In this document: positions 61,901-64,000 of the stretch, in pieces
Layout of the letters: each line of letters begins with the position of its first letter
Position numbering within the stretch: the first letter of the stretch is position 1
Origin: the human T2T-CHM13v2.0 reference genome, Homo sapiens
Length of the DNA stretch: 64,000 nt
Assembly (NCBI RefSeq): GCF_009914755.1
Contig: NC_060946.1
Reading direction: 5' to 3' (one strand)
Made by a program: the position numbers and the translations under genes
The notes under the pieces: model-generated
Told to the model about the DNA's origin: nothing
Database searches by the model: none
Seen by the model: only the letters and a program-made list of their open reading frames with translations

Positions 61901-64000
61901 GTGGGGTCCCCGGGCCTTCGGCATTTCATTTGCACCCACATGTAGGCTCACTTCTTGGCCTGGGAATTGATCGGTGCCAGATGCTCCATCTAGCCAGCAT
62001 CCCCACCGCAGCAGGGCTGCCCGCCTCCTGTTTCGTGAAAAACGGCCCGGATTTTCATCAGACCTTAATTGGCCTGGGTCTGGCCTTCATTCTACCCCAG
62101 CCTCTTCACAGACTGCTGGCCACTGGCTGTTCCCTCCTCCAGCCAGGACAATGCCGGTCCCCGGGCACTGACCCTGGCCCAGGCAGGCCTGCCAACTCCA
62201 TAGCTCTCATTTCTCACTCTGCACATCAGTGCTGGCTTCCCACACCCACAGCTCCTCCAGAAGGAAGGTTTGTCAGCGGGCTTCACCATGCACTCTGACG
62301 TACCACTTTTGGCCCAACCAAACTACACCCCACCCTTGGGTAGAATGGGACCAAGATGCGACCCTGACAGACTTAAATGAGAAATGAGCATTTTCCAGTG
62401 ACGCCTCCTCTTCCTGCCTCTTGCTGGGCCTCTCTCTGCACTGCTCTGGGGTGTTCACTGCACTTGGACTGATACCAGTCAATGTCCCTCGCTTCAACCT
62501 GACCTGAAACTGAAATGCTCCAAACAAGAGTAAGTGGGGCAGCCGACATTTCAGGAGGAGGAAGGTTGGCAGCCAGGCTGCTGTGAGCTTGCACGGCCCA
62601 TATGGGTCCCAGCTAGTACTTTGCATTTTCTTTTCTCTCTTCTTGGAACCCCTTCGTCCTTTTTCCCGCTGCCCTCTAGCCTCTTCACTGTCTTGGGAAA
62701 GGGGGCCTCTCACAAAACAGTAGTCACCGCTGCTGTTCACTGAGTGGTTACTTTGCACCAGGCACTGTGCTAAGTACCTCAAGGGGAGTATCTCCCTTAA
62801 TGCCTGCAACATCCTATGAGCCTTGTATGATTGCATCTCCCTTTTCAAGCTGAAAAGAAGTTACATGCTTTGCCCGACAGTCTATAGCTAGGAGGAGCTG
62901 GAGCTGAGATTCAACCCCAGGTTCTCTGGTGCCCAAGTGCTCATGTCTTTGCCCTGTGTGCCCCTCTTTCACAGAAACAGAGCTTCAGCCAAATCCTGGA
63001 ACGGAAGCTCTTGGGAAGCTGCCTGTGACCTTTCTTATTGTGTCCCCTCAGCACAGGTCATGCACAGGCAGCTGGGAATAGATATGCGAGTTAAAGGAAT
63101 TCTCGTTGGAAAACACCAGAGGGATCCACAGGGCCACCCCCCCGCCCCCGCAATACCACTGTGTGTCTGTCCCTGCAGGGCCCTGGAATCCCACAGTTGT
63201 TTCCTGTACCCAGGCCTGGGGAGCCAGCCAGTCACATGGACCGTGAGTGTATCCGCCTCACGCTTCTCTGTGGCCCCTGGCTTCTCCCAGTGGATTCCGC
63301 AAGGTGTTTCCTGCAAATCCTGCTGATGGTCTTCGCTGGCACGTAGCAAAATCCACCCAGAACACCGCGATCTGCTGGCCTCAGCCTGGATGGGGTTTTG
63401 TTTTTGTTTAGCTTTTAAAAAAATGTGTGTTTTTTTTTCCCCAACCAGGGGCACAGGGGTGGGGGAAGAGGAGAAAAATGAAGGTAAAAATATTGACAGA
63501 GTGAAAAGTATTGAATATTCCTTCTATTTCAAAAATAGCAGCTTCCATGGCTGGGATGCAGGCTGGCTAGGTTCAGGTTGGGCTGAGGTTGAAGTTGAGA
63601 TCAAGGTGGCAGCGTGACCCTTATGCCTCAAGCATGTCCTTCAGGAGGGTGTGGGAGCCTGAGGCAGAAGAGAGCTCCTTCCTGTTTTAAAAACACCTTT
63701 TTCTGAGACTCTCAAAGAATGTTTGAAATCAGCCATCCAAGGTGCTCTGCCATTTTTAAGAGGGAGGACGGGGCTGGATGGTGTCCCTGGGAATTGAAGG
63801 GACCCAGAGAAGAGGTGAATTGTTTAAAGTTAACTCAGAGCATTAGAGTGGGCTGATATCCTCTGAAGAGTCTACTTGTCTGTGAGAGCTGTTTCAGCTA
63901 CTTCAAAGCCAGATGATCAGGGCAGCGGGGCTGGATTTTCATCTTCATGGCTGTGCACATCTCCACTTGATATGTGGGGGTCGGAGTTGGGGGGCAGTAA

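Overview
Human (primate) genomic DNA. The one protein-coding feature is TIMP3: promoter/CpG island, 5' UTR and coding exon 1 (ATG 34433, donor GT 34554), followed by about 29 kb of intron 1 on the + strand. From established knowledge TIMP3 is nested antisense inside a large SYN3 intron, so the whole window should also be SYN3 intron on the - strand; I recognise no SYN3 exon and no TIMP3 exon 2. The rest is Alu, L1, L2, MIR, MLT1 and MER DNA-transposon fragments plus microsatellites, which, with chance ORFs, account for the rest of the ORF track. The most unusual signal is a set of locally templated duplications that repeat annotation does not explain. Two are long inverted repeats in TIMP3 intron 1 (38449-38677/39487-39717, ~92%; 41682-41964/43487-43769, 95%). 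Three are dispersed direct copies (53840-53995/55145-55300, 98%; 229-387/2265-2420, ~80%; 52632-52695/54699-54762, 83%), and one is a direct-inverted-direct micro-triplication (14021-14100). In four cases one copy visibly interrupts an older TE, which identifies donor and acceptor. A perfect inverted pair of MITF-type M-boxes lies about 2 kb upstream of the TIMP3 start. Identities were counted by hand; TE family and subfamily names are from memory of consensus sequences and their boundaries are approximate.
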